Part shown: piece by piece, positions 11,000 through 13,321 of the stretch
How positions within the stretch are numbered: the stretch's first letter is position 1
How the letters are laid out: the number at the start of each line of letters is the position of its first letter
DNA from: Candidatus Methylomirabilota bacterium
Lineage (GTDB): Bacteria; Methylomirabilota; Methylomirabilia; Rokubacteriales; CSP1-6
Reading direction: 5' to 3'
DNA: 13,321 nucleotides
Assembly: GCA_046726415.1 (NCBI GenBank)
Contig: JBKPAK010000164.1
Span: 1 to 13,321 of the forward strand
Program-made: the position numbers and the translations under genes
Notes under the pieces: generated by a model
Databases searched by the model: none
What the model saw: only the letters and a program-made list of their open reading frames with translations
Told to the model about the DNA's origin: nothing

Positions 11000-12538
11000 G
11001 GCGCGGGTCTCCCGAATGACGACGACCTTGATGTGGCCAGGGTACTGCATCTCCGCCTCGATCCGCTTGCTAATGTCGCGGGCGAGCTGGTGGGCGTCGA
11101 GGTCGGACACGATGTCGGCTTTGGTCATGACGCGCAACTCGCGGCCAGCCTGGATCGCGTAGCACATCTCCACGCCCTTGTAGGACAGGGCGATCTCTTC
11201 GAGCTTGGCCAGCCGCCGGATGTAGGACTCCAGCACGTCGCGACGGGCTCCGGGGCGAGCGGCCGAGATGCCGTCGGCAGCCTCGACCAGAACAGCCTCG
11301 ATCGTTTCCGGCTCCACGTTCTCGTGGCCGCACAGGGCGGCGTTGATGACCGCGGGAGATTCGTTGTACTTGGTCAGGACCTGCAGCGACAGCTCCGGGT
11401 GGCTTCCCTCCTGCTCATGGGTCAGCGCCTTGCCGATATCGTGCAGCAGTCCCATCCGCTTGGCCATCTTGGCGTCGGCTTTGACCTCGGCCGCCATCAT
11501 GCCGGCCAGCCACGCCACTTCCTTGGAATGCTGCAGGCAGTTTTGGCCGTACGAAGTCCGGAACTTCATGCGGCCCACGAGCTTCACGAGCTCGGGATGG
11601 AGGCCGTGCACACCGACCTCGAAGCAGGCCTTCTCCCCTTCCTCCTTCAGGTGCTGCTCCATCTCCGTCTTGACTTTGGCGACCACTTCCTCGATCCGTG
11701 CGGGATGGATGCGGCCATCGGCGATGAGCCGCTGGAGGGCCAGACGGGCGATTTCCCGACGGTAGGGATCGTAGGCGGAAACGATGACGGCTTCCGGGGT
11801 GTCGTCGACAATGAGATCCACGCCCGTGTGCAATTCGAGGGCACGGATGTTGCGGCCCTCCCGCCCGATGATCCTTCCCTTCATGTCGTCGGAAGGCAGA
11901 TCCACGATGGACACGGCCGTCTCCACCGTGTAGTCGGGGGCCAGGCGCTGGATGGTAGTGGCCAGGACCTCCTTCGCCTTCTGATGGGCGGTCTCTCGCG
12001 CCTCTTCCTCCAGTCGCATGCCGATGAGGGCGGCCTCGCGCCGAGCCTCCGCCTCCATCTGGCTGACGAGCTGACGCTTGGCCTCTTCGGCGGTGAGCCC
12101 AGCGATCACCTCGAGCTTGCGGCGCTGCTCTTCGATCGCCACTTCGAGGCGGGCTTCCTTGTCGCCGAGGGTCTTCTCGCGCGCAGCGAGGCTCCGGTCT
12201 CTGCTGCTCTGCTCGTTGAGCCGGCGGTCGAGCTCCTCGAGCTTGCGACCAACCTGCTCCTCTTTGGTGAGCATCCGCCGCTCGACCGCTTGGATCTCTC
12301 CTTCCCGGCGCCGCACCTCTTGCTCCAGTTCGACCCGCGCCTTCAGCTCGTGCTCTTTCGCCTGAAGGTCCGCGGCCCTCAGCCGGGCCTCCGCGACCTG
12401 CTCCGCCGTCTCCACGATGCGCTGGGCAGTCTGCTGGGCATCTCCCAGGCGCCGATCCGTCACGAATTTGTGAAGGAAGAATCCGACGACGAGAGCGATG
12501 ATAGCGACGAGCGAATCGAAGAGCAGGATCTCGGTCAT
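10982..12538 (-). CDS. rny: Ribonuclease Y, 518 aa
   Basis: N-terminal TM helix, long coiled coil, KH domain (MKGRIIGREGRNIRA), HD domain (RTSYGQN, LHDIGK, ADGISAARPGAR), C-terminal YPGHIKVVVIRETRA. Confidence 0.98.
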   Translation of the reverse strand: MTEILLFDSLVAIIALVVGFFLHKFVTDRRLGDAQQTAQRIVETAEQVAEARLRAADLQAKEHELKARVELEQEVRRREGEIQAVERRMLTKEEQVGRKLEELDRRLNEQSSRDRSLAAREKTLGDKEARLEVAIEEQRRKLEVIAGLTAEEAKRQLVSQMEAEARREAALIGMRLEEEARETAHQKAKEVLATTIQRLAPDYTVETAVSIVDLPSDDMKGRIIGREGRNIRALELHTGVDLIVDDTPEAVIVSAYDPYRREIARLALQRLIADGRIHPARIEEVVAKVKTEMEQHLKEEGEKACFEVGVHGLHPELVKLVGRMKFRTSYGQNCLQHSKEVAWLAGMMAAEVKADAKMAKRMGLLHDIGKALTHEQEGSHPELSLQVLTKYNESPAVINAALCGHENVEPETIEAVLVEAADGISAARPGARRDVLESYIRRLAKLEEIALSYKGVEMCYAIQAGRELRVMTKADIVSDLDAHQLARDISKRIEAEMQYPGHIKVVVIRETRAVEVAR

Positions 12539-12671
12539 CTCACTCTATTTTCATGCCAGCCCGCCGCGTCCTGCGGCTCACACGACTTTTTCTCTGCTCG
12601 CCTCGGACGGTGGGGCCCCAGCCCCACGGCGGCTGCAGATTTGACTCACAAACCCGCGCCAGAATTGGGCA

Positions 12672-12701
12672 AGTATAGGTGGGAAGGGCGATGAGAGTCA
12701 A
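12672..12701 (-). promoter_or_regulatory. sigma70 promoter for the rny operon
   Basis: TTGACT (12701-12696), 18-nt spacer, TATACT (12677-12672); both hexamers 5/6 consensus in a GC-rich background. Confidence 0.7.
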
Positions 12702-12884
12702 ATCCCCGCCTCTGCCGTGTGCCGACGGTGTTTCGAACCTGGTGTCCACCAGGTGGGTGCTGTCTCATCCGAGGGCTTCAGGCTTCCCCTTCGTGAGGGG
12801 CTTGCGCACCACCCTCGTCCACAGCTCCCGATGCGTTAATGAGGTTGAAACTTCCCCCCGGCATCACGCACAGCGCAGGGACCT
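12700..12884 (-). ncRNA. ssrS: 6S RNA (about 185 nt; ends approximate)
   Basis: Directly downstream of zapA. 5' AGGUCCCUGC pairs with 3' GCGGGGAUUU; internal GGGAGC and CACCCACCUGG...CCAGGUUCG elements are typical of 6S; length fits. Confidence 0.88.
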
Positions 12885-12888
12885 CCCT

Positions 12889-13206
12889 TTATGTACCTGC
12901 AGGGCGCGACGGCGTCAAGGCTTCGGGCCGACACGCCTGCCGCAGCTCGTTCACCAAGACGCCCAAGCGAGCGTCGACGTCACCCTCCTGGCGAGTCTGC
13001 TCGTCGCGTATGCGGAACAGCTCGTCGGTGACGTCAAGGGCTGTCAGCAGCAGGGTACTGATGAGAGAGCGCGTTCCGGCCCCCAACGTCTGGGCCCGCT
13101 CTTCCACGAACGCGGCCAGCGTCTGGAGGTAGTCTGGCGCTGCGGTCGTGCGGATGGACAGCTTTTCCCCCAGGATGGTCAACTCGACTCGTGTTGCCTC
13201 GGTCAT
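12889..13206 (-). CDS. zapA: Cell division protein ZapA, 105 aa
   Basis: Start reassigned to MTEATRVELTILGEKLSIR (AGGAGG 6 nt upstream). YLQTLAAFVEER...LLTALDVTDELF followed by a coiled coil; adjacent to ssrS. Confidence 0.88.
   Translation of the reverse strand: MTEATRVELTILGEKLSIRTTAAPDYLQTLAAFVEERAQTLGAGTRSLISTLLLTALDVTDELFRIRDEQTRQEGDVDARLGVLVNELRQACRPEALTPSRPAGT
12890..12918 (-). promoter_or_regulatory. Candidate promoter for 6S RNA inside the zapA 3' end
   Basis: TTGACG (12918-12913), 17-nt spacer, TACATA (12895-12890). The predicted start near 12884 matches the 6S 5' end, but the -10 is weak. Confidence 0.45.
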
Positions 13207-13225
13207 CCGCGCCCTCCTGTTAACA

Positions 13226-13296
13226 TGGGGGCCTCGAAAGGGCCCCCAAACCCCCCACCGCTCGGGCCCCCCCGGCACAGCCGGCGCGCCCCTCGA
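13226..13296. repeat. REP/MITE-like double-hairpin intergenic element
   Basis: TGGGGGCC (13226-13233) pairs with GGCCCCCA (13241-13248) around TCGAAAG; then a C-rich linker and a CCGGC-ACA-GCCGG hairpin (13272-13284). Only one copy in the window. Confidence 0.5.
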
Positions 13297-13321
13297 GCTT
13301 CCGCGGCGGGCCGGGGCCTCG

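Noticed and set aside
10415..12694. 759-aa plus-strand ORF
   Set aside because: Antisense shadow of rny and ymdB. It stays open because these genes share a frame and GC-rich codon usage rarely produces antisense stops; no recognisable motifs.
12540..12749. 69-aa minus-strand ORF between 6S and rny
   Set aside because: It overlaps the 6S RNA and the rny promoter and shows no similarity I can recognise to 5-formyl-THF cyclo-ligase.
13207..13278. 24-aa N-terminal extension of ZapA
   Set aside because: It is read through the palindromic repeat; a strong AGGAGG supports the ATG at 13206.

Overview
High-GC bacterial chromosomal window with two parts. Left (1 to about 2715) is the decayed end of an integrative element anchored at the 3' end of an initiator tRNA-Met gene (2716-2792, minus strand). 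It holds a 5'-truncated trbL/VirB6-like conjugative-transfer gene that the ORF track missed, and a 5'-truncated tyrosine integrase with an intact catalytic domain. The two genes point away from a 1328-bp IS481-like DDE insertion sequence (380-1707, TGT...ACA inverted repeats, no target duplication), which suggests an IS-mediated deletion. Right (2901-13206) is core genome, all on the minus strand. In transcription order: zapA, 6S RNA, then a tightly coupled rny-ymdB-xseA-xseB-ispA-eno-ftsB-GT2 glycosyltransferase run, then an acyl-CoA synthetase. Oddities worth checking are a processive-type GT2 translationally coupled to ftsB, an exact in-frame 18-bp duplication of the rny 3' end, a strong rny promoter overlapping the 6S 3' end where a ygfA-type gene often sits, and a REP-like double hairpin upstream of zapA. 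Host may be Candidatus Rokubacteria/Methylomirabilota (impression only, not verified).
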